From: Raillietiella orientalis
Lineage: Eukaryota
Length of the DNA stretch: 64,000 bases
Direction: 5' to 3'
NCBI GenBank assembly: GCA_036172245.1
Contig: JAYWIR010000030.1
Coordinates: 62,001 to 126,000 of the forward strand
Made by a program: the position numbers and the translations under genes. Below the pieces are notes generated by a model, which was given only the letters and a program-made list of their open reading frames with translations, searched no databases and was not told the origin of the DNA. This document shows, piece after piece, positions 22,101-37,100 of the stretch (its first letter is position 1; every line of letters begins with the position of its first letter).

Positions 22101-25100
22101 CGGCTGCCCGCGACGCGACGCGGCTTTATGTTCGTGGGGCGGCCCCCTTACCCTTCTTTCCCTTCCAAGACACGGCGGCGTTATTCGCCCACTCTTGTAG
22201 CGCTTGGGGGGGGCGTTTTGTGAGGTCTCGGCGCCGGGAGTACCTCTCTGGAGAGCCGCCTCCTTCTTCCGAGGGAAACTCAGCAGTCTACCGAGGTCTG
22301 CTGGGGAGTCCTCGTTCCTCTCAGCCCTCATGGAAATGTGCGGAGGGGAGGCCTCACGTGGTGGCCACTCCGGGTCACCCGCCTCTTCCCCCTTTCCTCT
22401 CCCGGGTGCATTCGTCTTCCAGGCATCTTCTTCATTTGTCCCGAGCCCCCTGCAGGGGTGCCCGCGGGAAGATCTACCTACAGGAAGCTGCTGGCACCCC
22501 TGTAGGGAGGTGGTCTCTAAAAATTCCTGAGTCCGCTTCCTTCGGGCGCTCCCAGGAGGTGGGGAGCAGGGGAGGAGGGAGAGAGGTGAATTCGTGCTGC
22601 CCGCGTTCGAATGGGGCACCCCCTTCAGCGGACAGTCGGTCGGCCGGCTGCGACGTTCCGCTCGCTGCGCGCGCCATCTGATGCCTGCAACAACAGGTCG
22701 TGCAGGTCAGTGCCCCCACCCCACCCCTATCCCCCCAGGTTGTGTGGTTTCCTTTGGGGAGTTCTGTTGGTGGTCCTTCCTTCCCACGGGAACGAGCCTC
22801 CTCCGCGCCGCTGGTTCGCTCCGCCGCATGGAGATCGAGAGCGTCCGGTTTCCCAGGCAGCCCTCGCTGCTAGGGCGATGCGAGGTTTCGCTGCGAGCCA
22901 TCAGGAAGGATGATGACCGGTGGACGAGCGGCGGCAAAGGGCTACAGAGCCGTATTCGTCCCGAGCTTGTCCCTCTAGCATTTCCTGGTGCTCCCTCCCC
23001 TTCATCCCTTCGCGGCGAGAGAGGGAACCGTGGATCTTCCCGCGCCCCTTGCGTGAGCTGCAGGTGCCCTTTTGAAGCGATCGAACTCGGGCTGCCGAGT
23101 CGACCGCCGATCTGCTGTCGGGCGCCCACAGCGCTCCTGCTCCAGTGTACCCCCTTCTCCGATCCTGAAAGAGGACGCGTCTTAGGGCCTTTTAGGCGGG
23201 AGAGGTTGCCGCCGGGGCTTGGGACTCTGCATGGCGGATGGGGCCGGGGGCGACTCTCTCGCAAGCGAGGTCACATCCTGCCTTCGCCGGGGGAGGCTTT
23301 CGAAACCCCAACGGGAAGCCCAGCGCCGGAGGCTGCAGGCAGCGGCGGCACACTCCAGGCGTTCCCTTTTATTTCCTGCAGCATCCGCTTCGAGAGAGAG
23401 GGGAGAAGAAAGCATTCTCTTTTCCCCCTGAAGCGAAATTCGAGCATCTTCATCCGCGCTTGCACATCGCCCCCATTCCGTCACCCCGAGCGAGAGGCAG
23501 GACGCCTTCCGGGCGAGCGCAACTCGCTTCCCTCCGAGGTCAGCTCGCCTGGCTCCTCCGAGAGCCGCAGTCGGCCGAAAGTCTCTCCGCTCAGGTCATT
23601 GTCAATAGACAGTGACCTGCGAGGAGCGACGCATGCACAGGCCGCGCGCTTTCATGGAAGATAGGGCTCCCAGCGTCGCCTGTGGTTCCCAGAACCCATA
23701 TCCCCTGGTTAAGCCTGCAGCTCCCGGCGTGGTCCCGGAATCCATGCGTTCCGTTGGCGGCCTCTTTCGCGCGGTGGCCCCGCTCGCCTCCCTCCCGAGG
23801 CGCGACACTCGTGCTCTCGCAGTCGGGCGCTTGGTGGTGGCGCCTGCTCCCTGCATGGTGGCATCTGCGAATGACCCCGCAAAAGTCTCACCCCATCCGG
23901 AAGATGCGCGTGCGGGGATGATGGGGGATTCGAGGAGAGCGTGCCGTCGTCAGTGGCAACTTCCTTTCCCCTTTTCCCCCTGCGCTCTGCGCGAGAGGGA
24001 GCTGTTTCCCGAGGAGGAAGGTCAGCATCTCCGCAAGGAAATGCCCGATCCCTCGCGAAGGGGAATCTGAGCCCGTTCTTCGACCGCGGCCACCTCCGCA
24101 TAGCTGTCGGAGCGCTCGCCTCGTTCCGCAGGACCTGGCGGGGGAAACCAGGAAGAGCGAGAGGATGGAGAGGTGCGAAAGAGGGAGCAGAGAAACTTCG
24201 AGGTTGTCTCTTCGCCTGTTTGACAGGAGGTTCGCCGAAAGGCCAGGTCACATCTGAGCCAGGATGCCCACCGCTGTTCTCAGCCCCCGTGCCGCCACCA
24301 GCCGAACAGTAATGGTCTTCATTGGGGACTCTACACCTCAGTGGACTTCATTGGGAAATGCGTGGAGAATTTGCAGTTGAAAGCTTCTTCTTCTTTCTTT
24401 CTTTTTTTTTTTTTTAAAAAAAAAAAAAAACGAAGCTCTTGGACCCTTGAGTGCGCGAGGCACGAAAACACACGCTGTTTAATGTCGCGAAGGGTTGACT
24501 GATGAATTTCCGTGGCCACGGATTCCACCTTTTCAATGCATCGATCAGATGATTCATTTACGATCCTTGCGAACGCTGGAGTTTTGCCCGTTCACCCCAA
24601 TTTCAGTTTTCACCATGCGGGAGGTGGAACCTCCTCGGTGCAGGCGACGTTTGCAATTCCCTGTGGGCAAAGGAAAGGGTCGCTGCTAATGAATACGCGC
24701 AACAGACGGCCAGACCTCCGCTTGTAAAGGGCGAAGCTACAAGGTCCCTTTCATCTTTCAAGACACTGGAACTGTTTGGATGTTTCTGGAACTCATTGCA
24801 TGCCATTCATCTTAGCTTCTTAGGTGGAAGAGGAATTTCCCTGCGGTCTCTTCAATTTACTGGTCAAGCGTTCGCGTAAGCCGTCAGACGAAGCCTCGTT
24901 TTCTCAGCATTCCTCCCATTTTAGTCAGAAAAAAAATACTGCTGTTATTAATGGACCGATTTTTAGGTCATCTGCGATCCTGAGTCAGCCATCTCAATCA
25001 TTTTTTGATGACTGAAATTAAAAAAATTAACTCCTGATGGGTGTAATGAGTTCTCTTGGCATAGCGAAGGCCACAGGCGGTGCTGCCGGCAATGCTGGGT

Positions 25101-28100
25101 GCGTCGGGTAGCAGCCTCGTCTTCCCAGGTTCCCCGAGTTGATGAAGGGCTGCTCTGTTCCCTTCAGAAGAGCGAAGATGCTCTGCCGACAAGTGGAAAG
25201 CATTTCTTGAGCAGTGCCTTACGTCGATCGATGGAGAGGGACTCCGACAGAGATTCGAGCGGTGGGAAGCTGAGAGTGATGGTGGCTCATTTTTCTCGAC
25301 GCAGAGGTGCGCGAGGTGAAGGAAACCGCTCAGAAGGATTCCACGCATGCAGATCGGCAAGAATGGTTTTTCCCGGAGGAGGAGGAGACTTCCAGGATCG
25401 GGAAGGATTCCCTCTCTCACCCCGCACACCGCGGTGCTCCGAGCCGATCCTCGCTCCCCACGCCAATCCGAGCGGAAGTTTTCGGGAATGAGGCGTGTTC
25501 GTCTCTCGTCCATCGTTCCTTGCAGATTGCAGCCAGAGTGAAGGAGGAGGGTATCCGTGGGATCGGACTCGGGTCAATCCCCCATCCAGGACACCCCACA
25601 GCGCCTTCGTGGTCATCGTGTCTGCCGGGCAGTGGCAGTTGCCAGTCGCTCCTGAAATTTTCTGGTCTTTGGAGCCCCGAGTTCTCTGCGCGCTCCCCAA
25701 GCCCTGAGACCGAAGCGACTTGCTGGGCAATCTCGCGGCTCGGCTTGCCAGGCGCCCGGCGTGCCTCGCCCTCGAGAAGTGCGGCACCGTGAAATCGGGA
25801 AGATTTCGGGAAGGGCTCGACGGCAGAAGGCGGGTTGTGGTGGTCCGCATGCCTTGTTAGTCGCGAGTCGATGACGTAAGCACATCGGGAGGATAGGGGA
25901 GGAGGGTAGAGAGTGTGCAGTTTCCGAGAAGGCCATTTGATCCATCGGGTCCTCGGGTCCTGGGCTTCCGGTTCGAGAGTGGGAGTGGTAGGCGGTGCAA
26001 AGAAGCAGCGCGACGTGCCGAGCCCTCCGAGATGCTCCAGAGCGCTTCATTCGTCTTGTTAGACGCTCCTGGAGCGGACGCCGGTCATCTTTGCTGCCCC
26101 TCTGGTGTCGGCCGGATTTCCCGCGACCGTTTTCGCGGAGCGACGCTCCCTAACGGAAGGAAGAATGTTGTGCGCATTTTCCGCCTTGGAGCTGGGAACG
26201 AAGAGGCACCATGGACATCCAACGGCCATTTTTGCGTAGCTCCCGCGCCTCCTGTGGGCGTGCAGCGCCCGCACCGCCATCCACCATTCGGTCCAAAGGT
26301 CAGCGGGTCTCTTGCGACGGTTTCTCAGCATCGGAGCAACTAAAGACCTCATTGGGCAGCCTTTCTTTCTGTCTTTACTCGCTCTCGGCGAAGGAGGGCG
26401 GTCCATTCTTATGCTGTAGATGAGAGGCTCCCACGATGACCCCTTGCCCACGAATTCTGGAGTGGACAGCCTGTGCCTCGCCGTCTCGTCCGAACGCGCA
26501 ATATCCGGATGCTGTGGGAACGCTGCAAGCGACCTTTCCTTCCCAAAGGAGCGACCCTGGAATGCATATGCTAAGGGTCTCCTGGTTTTCAGACCCTCCC
26601 CATCGCCCCACTGCAGAAAGGAGGAGAGAACGCTCGGAAAAATGGAGCAAACGAAGAGCAAAAGGCGAAGAGGCCGCGCTTCCCGAAGAGGCGGTGAGGT
26701 TGCCTCGGGGGCATCACGGGGAGGCGCGGAGGCAGAGCAGTGGGGACGGGATGAAGGGCTCCCTCAGGACGCTGGGTACCTCTCGTCGATCCGCGTACAC
26801 CGGAAAAGAAAGGGGAAGTGGAATGGGAATGCAGCGACTGCGGTGATACCAAGGCGGCGCGCGTCTCCTGGATTGTCCTCCCTCCCTCCGGGAAGTCTGC
26901 GACTTCCCGCGCAGAGCTGGAACCTGCGGCCCATCAGGGCGCACCTCGCCGCCGATCAAAGGGCGTGGTGTTCACGGTGTTCAGGGACTCCTCCTTCGGA
27001 ATCCGCGTGTATCGACTTTCCGGGAACAAGGGAGGAGGCGGAGGACGGGGGATTTCCCAGAGGAGCGTGGAAAGGGGATCACCGGGAGGTTTCCGGGGGA
27101 ACGATGGAGTGCCGAGGAAGGGGGAAAGAAGAGGGCCTTCCTGCGAGAACTTCTTTTCCGCGGTTCCATCTCCCGTGCAGACTGCGTCCGACGACACGAG
27201 GAGTTCCGTGCTTCGCTCCGGCAATACCCGGAGTCGCGGAGGTGAGCGCCCGTGCCGATGACCACGGGCGCGAAACAGGGAGCAGGGAAAGGGCGTTAGA
27301 GACAGAAAACCTGTGCTAGCCGAAAATATCAGCTCTTCCAGGGATGCTCCGAAGATGTCGATGGTTCCCCCCCCCCTCCCCTCCCTCCTTGAGCAAGCGT
27401 TTGAGGATGACACCTTGGAATCCATTCTTTGAACTAAGGATGATGGCGAGGGCGCGCCCTTCGCGTCCGGGACGCCCGGGCGCCGCACCAAAATGTCTCG
27501 CGGGATTCTCGGGGGATTCGCGGCGCAAGCGCTGACCTTCGGCGAGATGCAGTCAGAGACCCCCAAGTGGATGCTTGCCATTCGGAAAGGGGCAGCATTG
27601 GACACTAAACAAATTCTCCGGGGGCGACGTACGCCTCTTCTGTCGCAGCGTGCCTCCCGCTTGGGCAGACATGCGGCGCCTGCAAGAAGCGGCGCGTGCG
27701 GCCGAGAGGTGGGCGGAGTCGTCAGCGTACTCGCCGCAGAGGGTGCGCTGTACGATGAGGTCCGCTTCCACCCCGGGTGGCGCGACTACTGGCCAAGAAG
27801 CAATCGAAAAATCAACGCGAGGGGGAAGGGAGAAATAAGGTGGTGCGGACCCCCATGCTGCCAGAAGAAGGTTAAACTCAAGACTACGCCTGGCGGCTCC
27901 AGAAATAGGGGCAAGGGTCCCTATTCCTTTCACTCACGGTGTGAGACCTCCGGGGCGGAGCAGGGAAGAATCACTGCTAAGAAAAGGAAGCCGAGACACC
28001 GGGTCTGCCCTTCCCTTCCCACGAGAGAGGAACACCGGCCTCCGTGAGGTCGCTGGAGGAGTCCGGGTCACGGAGAGGGCGAGATGCTGGGTGCCTCACA

Positions 28101-31100
28101 CGCTAGCAGACAAACCTGCACCGGGATGAGAAAGGAGGAGGAAGAAGAAGAAAAAAAGAGGAGAAGAAAGAAGAGGAAAAGCAGGAGCAGCGATCCCTCT
28201 GCGCAGCACGAGGACGAACAGTGCCGGCAGCAGCCGCGTGTGCACCGTGGCTATTCGAGCGGGATAAACCGACTCCGGAAATGCGTAGTTAACTGGGTTG
28301 AGAGGTGCTCCTTGCACGAGTTAAGCTCTGATTCTTGGAAAGCTGCAAGAGCCGGCGAGATGGGGCAGAACGAATATCTCTTTTCGACCCTGATCGGCGC
28401 ATCAGCGAGGCGAACATCTCAGAGTCGCAGAACTGAAAAGGAAAAGAAAGAAAGAAAAAAAAGACAAGGGGGGTGAGCGTAAAACCCGGCTGCCTACCCG
28501 AGAAGCCACGCAAATTCTCCGAATGCTCTTCTCGGTGAACAGGGGGCGTTCTTGGAGGGCGCGACCCGGGTCTCTCCTGCGACCTCCGGAACTCGGTTTT
28601 CGGCTTCTACAGCTTCTAAGGACAGATCCGGGAGTAGCAGAATTCTATCTATCTTCCTCCCTTCCAGGAGTTCCAGGTCTTCTACATCATATTGAAATCG
28701 GGCATCTCTCCCCGACCTGCCAACTGGATTCTGGAACGCAGCATGGATGGTCAGACCTTCCTGCCCTGGCAGTATTATGCCGCGAGCGACAGCGAATGCC
28801 GCACCTTTTTCGGGGTCGAACCGTCCACTAACAAGCCGTTGTACGACACGGATTCTGAGGTCATCTGCACGTCCTTCTACTCGAAGGTGTATCCCACGGA
28901 AGGAGGAGAGGTGGTGGTCTCCCACTGCACGGCAGAGCTTACTTTCCGAGTCAGGTCCACACCTCCCTGGTCAACGGGAGGCCCGGATCGAAAGAATTCA
29001 GCGAGGAGCTCATGGAGTGGATCAGGGCCAGGTACATCAGGCTGCGCCTGCAGAAGATTTCTTATCCGGTCAAGAGGCTGGCCTCCAACGAGGCCAAACC
29101 GTCTCGAGCCATCGAACGATCCCGCGGGCGCCAATACTTTTACAGCATCAGGGACATATCCATTGGTGGAAGGTGCATCTGCTCGGGGCACTCCGACGAA
29201 TGCTTCGCGGACGAAGCGTCCAAGGTTCCTCCCGACCTCGTTTCCGATCTGGTTTTCTACCCTGAGGCGTCCCAGCTGATGGCCTGCAACTGCTCACACA
29301 ACACGTGTGGACTGAGATGCGACGCGTGCTGCCCTCTGTACAACCAGCATCCCTGGAAACCCGGCAGGGCGGGCAACACGTCGGGGTGCGTCAAGTGCCA
29401 GTGCTTCGGGCATTCCGACCGGTGCTACTACGATCCGGAAGTCGCTTCCAACCGTAGCAGCCTGAACGCTGACGGCGTCTACGACGGAGGAGGCGTCTGC
29501 ATCGGTTGCAAGGTGGGTTCTGGCCGGGGCGCCGAAGAGTCACGCGGCCGCGGGTTCGCAGAACCACACCGCCGGAGTCAACTGCGAGCGCTGCCAGGAA
29601 CGCTACTATCGGCCCGAGAACTCCGTCTTTTCCTCCTGCCGACCTTGCGACTGCGACGCCTCCGGGTCCACGGGACACTGCGTCACGGACGAGTCCGCTG
29701 GCGGAAGCATGGTATCCCGTTCTTCCTCCCAAGTGGATCCTCTCTCAGGTCCAAGCAGTTGCCCGGACAGTGTGCTTGCAGGCCCGGCTTCGAAGGGTTC
29801 CGGTGCGACCGCTGCGCCGCTGGATTCGGCAACTACCCCAACTGCACGCCCTGCCCGTGCAACGTAGCTGGGGTCCAGAAGGGAGGGTGCAACGAGCCCT
29901 GCCCTTGCAAGGTACTGTCACGCCCCCGGTCGGCCCCACCAGAGATGAGGGGGGAGGCCGACGCCTGCCCTTCAGATCAACGTCGAAGGGGACCTGTGCG
30001 ACTCTTGCAAGCCTGGGTTCTTCTTCCTTCGGCAGAGCAACGAAGACGGCTGCTCCCCGTGCTTCTGCAACGGCATCGTGGATCTCTGCGAGCACCTGGA
30101 GATGTGCGCCGCCAACGTAGGAAGCTGAGCTCGCATCTCATCTCTGCTTTGATTCATTCGTTTGTTTATTTTTTTTTCTTTTTCTGGATGCAGGTCACCA
30201 GCAAGGAACAGTGGAAAGCGACCGATTTCTCGGGGGAGGTGGTCCAGCACGAGGCCACGGGGCAGGTGGTTTCCGCAGAGGATTTCTCTGGAACCCTGGA
30301 CTACTTCTGGTCGGCGCCGACGCCCTTCCTGGGGAACCGCAAGAACGCTTACGGCGGCAGGATCGAAGCGGAAGTATCGTGGATGGAGGCGCGGGGGGAC
30401 ACCTCCGGGCACCTGACCTTTTTTCCGGACATAGTGCTGGAGGTAAGTCGCCATCCTCCCCAGGCCTTAGCGCGGGGTGGGCAACACGGGAGACTTCCGG
30501 GCAACAGGGAGGCGGCCACCGCGTCGGGTACGGCGACACGGCGTACGAAGAGCAGCTCCTGAGGCTCGCGTTCCCGCTGGTGGAAGATCGGTGGTACACC
30601 ATCCCGTGGGAGCTGCGCCGCCTCGGAGCTGATAACGCGGACTACGAGAAGAAGCACGTGTCCAGGTCGATCTTCATGCAGATCCTGCAGTCCCTGGACC
30701 GCGTCCTGGTTCGCGCGAACTACCACACCAACCAGATGGAGAGCAGGTGAGCGCGCGCCACTTCCGGAGGCGCATCCTTCACAGCTCCCCTTCCTCCCTC
30801 CATCCCCATCCTCTCTCAGGCTGCGCTCCGCGGTGCTGTGGGAGGCGACGCACAGCTGCCTCCCCTCCGAGGCGGCGGAAAAGATGCTCAGCATAGAAAG
30901 ATGCTTTTGCCCCTCGGGCTACGAAGGACTGAGCTGCGAATCCTGCGAGTTCGGGTACCGGCGCTTCAACAGGACGATATTCCACGGAGAATGCCGCCCT
31001 TGCAACTGCAACGGGCACGCCAGGACGTGCGACGCCTTCACCGGGAAGTGCGCGGTAATCCATCCCTTGACCTCCGGCCGGTTTTTCACTCCGCACCCGC

Positions 31101-34100
31101 AGGACTGTCTTCACAACACCGCGGGGGAAAGCTGCGAGCTTTGCAAACCTGGATATTTCGGGAACGCCCGCTTGGGAACTCCGGAGGACTGCAAGCCGTG
31201 CCCGTGTCCACGCACTAAAGATCACAGCGACAACTGCGTGCCCACTGACGGGGCGACGGACTACGTGTGCAAGAAGTGTCCCGAAGGTTACAGCGGGAAA
31301 CGCTGCGAGAGGTGAGGAGGAAGACCCCCTTGGCGGTATGACCTGCCCGCAGAGCCGTGCAGCGGGCGTCCTACGCGCCGACTCTCTCGTTCTCCCGAAA
31401 ATCCGCTCGCGGAGCGAAGGGGCGCTCTCCACTGAGCAGGGCGAACTTTCCTGAACTGGAGAATTCCAGAAACCACGGATTCGGGGACGGGCGAACCCAA
31501 GGCGTCCAGGGGCCTTGTTCCAAGGCATCCTCAGATGGTGCCTCGGGGCGTCTTCTGAGCGAAGAAGACACCTGGTTCCCCTCGTTCTACCGTTCCGGAT
31601 TCACTCCGCGCAAGAATTTCCGCGGCAGGAGAAGGGGGAGGGTGTTTCGCTGGCTTCGGCAAACATCGGCTTGTTGACGCCGACGGCAAGTAATCGCGGC
31701 GTTCGTCCTTCACGTCGTAATCGCGACCGCGCGGCAAAAAGGCCAGGCGTAAATTTTTTCTTGGAAAGTTTGGTGACGAACCAAGGGCTCTCTCTCGCCT
31801 CCTCCGCGCGCCGCCGCGCACGTCGCAGACGCTGTGACGACGGGATGCAGCATCCAGAGTGGCAACGGTAGCGGGCGCTCTGTCTGTTGGCGGCGCTGCA
31901 AAGCAGCGGGGGGGAACGGCCGTTGTGGTTCCAGCAAACCCTCCCCCAGGAAAATCGTTATAGACCTTCCTGTTTTCAGTCATGATCGGTACTGCTGCCC
32001 AGCAACCTCTTTCTTTTGTCTACTCGATCAGAGTACTTTAGGATCGCACTGCACTCCTTAGAACGGTAATGCAGGATTTTTTTGTTGTGGCTGCTTTGCC
32101 AGAGGCTTCTCGCTCGATAAATAAGGTACTGAGTTTGACGAGTTCCGAAACCGCCGTACCTCGGCACTCGTCGCATTTTGACGAGAAACCGTGTTTCGGC
32201 ACTCGGCTCGCGCTCGGAATTCGACACTTCACTCAGGATGAATAGACGCTTCCGTCTCGTGGTAGCCCGTGAACAACGCAGAACACTTCCATAGAATGCC
32301 TCCTAAATCGTTCTCCCTTTCCCTTTTTGTGCTTTCTGTGCAGTTTAAGCGTCCGTTGTGGGTCCTAAAATGGTTAAAAATGATGCCACGAAGCCTAGAA
32401 AGGGACCCGTTCGGTACTCGTCTGCTTCGGCACTCGTCACGAGTTCCGGAACGAATTACCGACGAGTACGGAGGCACCACTGTAAATAAAAGAAAACATG
32501 CTCAAGTGTATTTCCGTCCTCACTTTTTCTTCCATGCCTTCTGACTCGTATCAGCACGACAGTCCGGCACCTAGCGACTGCATCCTTTCGTTGCAAACTG
32601 GCTGCAGCATTTTGGTCACGGCGATGGGACTTCTCGTTCCGGATCTGGGAACCATTCCTTGAACGGGGATTGTGGGAGTTGATCCCTTGCGACGAGATCT
32701 CGTGGTGCTCTGCTCCTCTCTCTGGTTTTCCGTTTCCGTATCGGCAAAGTAAGCACTTTGAAGGGCGTGTCATCCTCTTGTATCTTGTACCACATCTGGC
32801 AAGTAGCGACGGCGGGGAAAAAATCAGAAAAAAAAGAGAGAGAGAAACGAATAAATAAAGACTTGACACTCCATCCAGGAGAGGACCGGGAAAAAAACGA
32901 TGAACTGTAGAGCCCATGTGGGTCATCTTCGACTCTTCTGTCCTATGAAAAAGGGAAGCAGCCATTTTTCTTTCCTTTTTTGGGGTTTCTCGTAACCTAG
33001 CGACTGGGTTCCCTCCAAGCGTCGTCTCGTCCTGCACGTTGGCATCGTTTCATGTGAAGCTGCACTCACCTTTTCTTGCGTCCGCCTCGCGTCACTGATG
33101 CAGGCTCGTTTTCACGCCAGGAAGATTTTTCTCTGCCTCCCGAGTGCAGGCTGATCGGCAGCGAAACCGATCGCAGTGATCCCCGGTCCCCTTGAGGATG
33201 CACCGATAAGAAGAGGCATTCCAGACAACGAGGCAAAACGCTCCCCCCCTACTCCCCATCTCCTTTCCGTTGCCGGGGAAACCGACTCGGAGGAGCATCG
33301 CTTTGACACGAGATAGCATCTTGCATTATGCAGGCGTGCTCGCGTCTTCGGATGCGCGGCTTAATGAGCTCTGCGGATAATTGGAAAAGAGGTCTTCCCA
33401 GTCCCTCTCCAGACCTGCTCTTTCAGCCCGGCTGGAACGGAAGCGTCGCTTTTGGGACATCTGCCAAGAAGTGCGGAAGAACCGGGAAGTGCGGAAGAAC
33501 GACCATCGATGACCGTCGCGAAGAGGAAGCGATGCAGTCCATAAGCCCTTGCATCCGCCACGGGCGCCCTTGCATCTACTGGAGCTAAGAATCCCTCTCG
33601 TGCGCCTCCCACAAGGCTCCATGGATCCCGTCAGGCGCAGAGGGTCTCGAAACGTCCCCCATCTCGTCTTCGGTACCGATCCGCCTGGACTTTTTCTATC
33701 CGAGCGAGCAGACGCGCCGCCGTAGATCTTCGGTCGGGGATTCCGGTTGGGATTTCCTCTCTTCGCGCGTCCTTTACCTCCCTCTCCCTCCATCCTCCCC
33801 GCTGGGAAACTCGACAAAATCTTCCGAGACTTTCGCCCTTCGGGAAGGCGCAAAGATCCCCCGGGATGTCCAGATCTGCCGTCCGGTGTTGCGGCTCTCC
33901 ACCTAGGCAGAACAAATGCGCGCTCAGCTCGGTGTGTGCTCTTCTCGGGGCGAAGTCGGGGATGCCCGTCCCTCTGCTCCTCGCTGCCCCTCAGCGTTTT
34001 CCGGAGATTCCGAGGTGCTTCAAGCCGCGCTCTTGGAAACAGCCCGCGTTGGCGGCTGCGCGGCAACGAGCGTCGAATCCCTCCCGGGGAAGAATCTACG

Positions 34101-37100
34101 CCGAGAAACGGTCGTGGGTTTCGAATTCTCCCCCTCCCCCTCCTCTCTTCCTTGCTCCAGGATGATGGCGCTAGTTGCTCATGTTGGAATGCGGCAATTG
34201 TGAAAGCCAGAAATCCTCGGATAAACCCTTTGACTGGCCGGGATTCGGAAGCTGACCTTTCAGGGTTCTTTCAGGAATCAAGGAGCACCGGTTCCCCCCT
34301 CTGTTTGTGCAAATGGACCCGTTCCCTCCCCTCAGGGGGTGACCCTCCATCGCGTGCCGTGGAACTGGCTGATTCCCCCCTCGAAAGTTATGCCTCTCCA
34401 GAGTGTCAGGTGCGCGCCTTCCAAGGAAATTTGGAAGGACCCCTTCGGGGTTCTCTCCAGAGAAAGAAGCAAGAAGCGGTCCCCCTCCGGGGAGTCCTCC
34501 GGAGAGAACAAGGAAGAGGTTCCCTTTTGGGTTCCCACGCCAGGCGCAAGAGGAACCAACTCGTTCCTCCAGAGTTTTTCCTGGATCCATAGGCTGGTCT
34601 CTACGGGGTTACTCCCTACAAATTGAAGAGTTCCACGCACTCTCTGGTCGCAGGGACGGCGTTCCGAGAACTTCGTGAGCGCTCCCCGAGGAGGAAGCGA
34701 AGGTTCTTCGGCGCTCGGCGAACCAAAGTTAAAGGGTCCAAGGGAAAACAGAGAAACAGAAGACCCCGAGGATGCCCATCATCCACGCATTTACCGATTC
34801 ACTGCTACGCTGTGGTGCACGGGTCTTCTCGAAATTCTGGACGTTGCCAATGATGAGTCTGAAGGTGCGCGCGCCCGCGTTCCTTTTTTTTTTTTTTCCT
34901 TCTTCGATCTGCGATGTGCCTTTAACGATCCCAGCTGGGAGATGCTGCGTTTGACGATCTGAGAAAGTTCCTTAGTTTTCCCCCCCCCCTTCGTTGGAGA
35001 CGCGCACGAGCCCAGGGGCGTCTCCGCGTGGCGAGGCGTCCCCGACGTGGGGGCTGGTCCCGAGGCAGAAACCGGTGGGCGAAACTCGAGCTTGGAACCT
35101 CGGGGTCGGAAAACGAATCTGGGAAGGGTGAGGAAGTGGGGTGTCTTGCTCGGGCGTCGGTCTATCCCTACTGAAGTCACGACAGAGCGTCCGCTGCTCC
35201 TACGTAAAAGGGGGTGCGGGAAAACATGGGGGCACGCATGAGCATGGATGATGGGAAGGAGATACTGAGGAGGGGGAGGGATGGCTACGATTTAGGAGCC
35301 GATTAAGACCCAAAAAGTGATTCAGGGAACGCTTCCAAGCTGGGCAACCTGCGACCCAGGTGGTGCCACTCGAACTGCAGCATCTGCAACGGGCAATGAG
35401 TAGCGGCCCCTCCTTTAGAAGCCGAGGAAAAGGAGGACGTGCGGGATGAGGCTCTGGGAACAATCTCCACTTTGATCTTAAACAAAAGGCCGAGAAGCAA
35501 CCTAGAACAATCTCCTGTGGTTGAGTGGGACCATTATGGGACCCCTCCCCTCCCTACGTCCTTCGCACTCGCGAGGACGCAAGCTGGCAGTGAGTTCTGT
35601 GCCAACAACAGAGTGAAGCCCAAGGGGGAGGATAGCACCTGAAGATGATTTTCGTGCGAGGATTCGGCACCTGAAAAGAATTCCTCGAGGTTTGCCTCCA
35701 ATGGAACGGGAAAGGAAAAATTCCTTGCGTGCGCGACATCCGAGGTTCGACGGCAATGGGAAGTCCCGGAACGTTTCCGCTGAACACCAGGAAGAACATT
35801 ATTCGCTAGGTGGATCTCCCGCAGATACGGGCGTTCTCCGTGTGTCCCAGCTCGTGGTCTCCCGCCAGCACGTAAGACGAGGCACCCCTGCCACTGAGTC
35901 GTATCCAAGACCTCCGCTTTTCCAGATGCCCTTATCTAAGCATCCATCTTGGGGGAAACGGGAGGGGGGGGGGGGTTAAAAAAAAAAAAAGAAAGAAAGA
36001 AAATTGGTCTTGAATTTATCCTTGTCGATTTTATTCGTCGTCTTCTGAGGCACTTTGCTTGATGGCGGGGCTGTGCGCTCGAAAGATTCCCGCGGGTGCT
36101 CTCCCCTTTGCGCCTGCGCATTCGCCGCCTCCATCGCCACCTGCCGTTTCTCCTCGCCGCCCCGCCGCTCTCGCGGCGGTTTCGCGCGCCCTTCAGGCAG
36201 AAGCGCCCCTCTCATCGCCAGGCAGGCGAGCAGGGGGAACCGCTCTACCCAAAGGACGCTCCCCACCCCCGCACCCCCATCTGCGATCCTTAAGCGGCTT
36301 CCACCAAACAGCCGCTGCTTCGCGACTAGCGGAGGCGCATCACGTTCCCGGTTTCGCTCCTTCCCGACGACCGGCCACGCGCGGGAGGGTAGCAACAGAC
36401 CTGCTGGGAACTCGACCGGTCGGGCGAGACCACTCCCCACCTCATCGCGAGGAAGGAGGGAGGACTGGACCCGGACAATCGCGACTCACCCGTGCGCGAA
36501 GGCCCCGCCTCATCCGCTCTCGGGGCGCTCTCGAGAGGAAGGGTCCTCCTGCGACGCTCTGGGGGTCGTCTCTACCTTGCGCCCTGCCCGATGCCTCCTC
36601 GGCGCGTGTGACTACGGCTGCCGACCGCTCTTGCCAGGAGCCATCCCTGTCTTTTCAGGGTCGCTCCGAGACATCTGTTGCGCTCCGAGAGGCAGACGCT
36701 CTCTCCCGGGTTGCCCGTGCCCCTCTGCGACGTCCCCCCTCCAAAGGGGGAGAGGCGGACAGAGGTCGGCACCCTTCTTTCCTCTAAAAATAGAACGCGA
36801 TCGATCACGGCGCAATCATCACCCTCATCATCGCAGTCTCCCAAGACTTCCAGTGACGGTCGCGGCGTGGGCCGGTCGCCGGTTAAAAGGACCCGCCTGC
36901 GGACAGAGTGGGCGCGCGCTCCAAACCGCCCGCTGTCCATCTCTGCAGCGAAAGGCGCGACTCCGCGGGTTGCTGAGCATGCGGAGTGAGAGTGGCGACG
37001 GAGATCTCCTCCTCGAAGAGGAAGCGTGCCGTGGGGGTGACTTCCCCCTTCCTTCCCCCGGGAAGCATCAACCAGAGTTCAGCGATCGATTGGTGCGAGC

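Noticed and set aside
35285..35330. cox1-like HFLGLN on the - strand
   Set aside because: Only six residues match and flanks do not continue the similarity.
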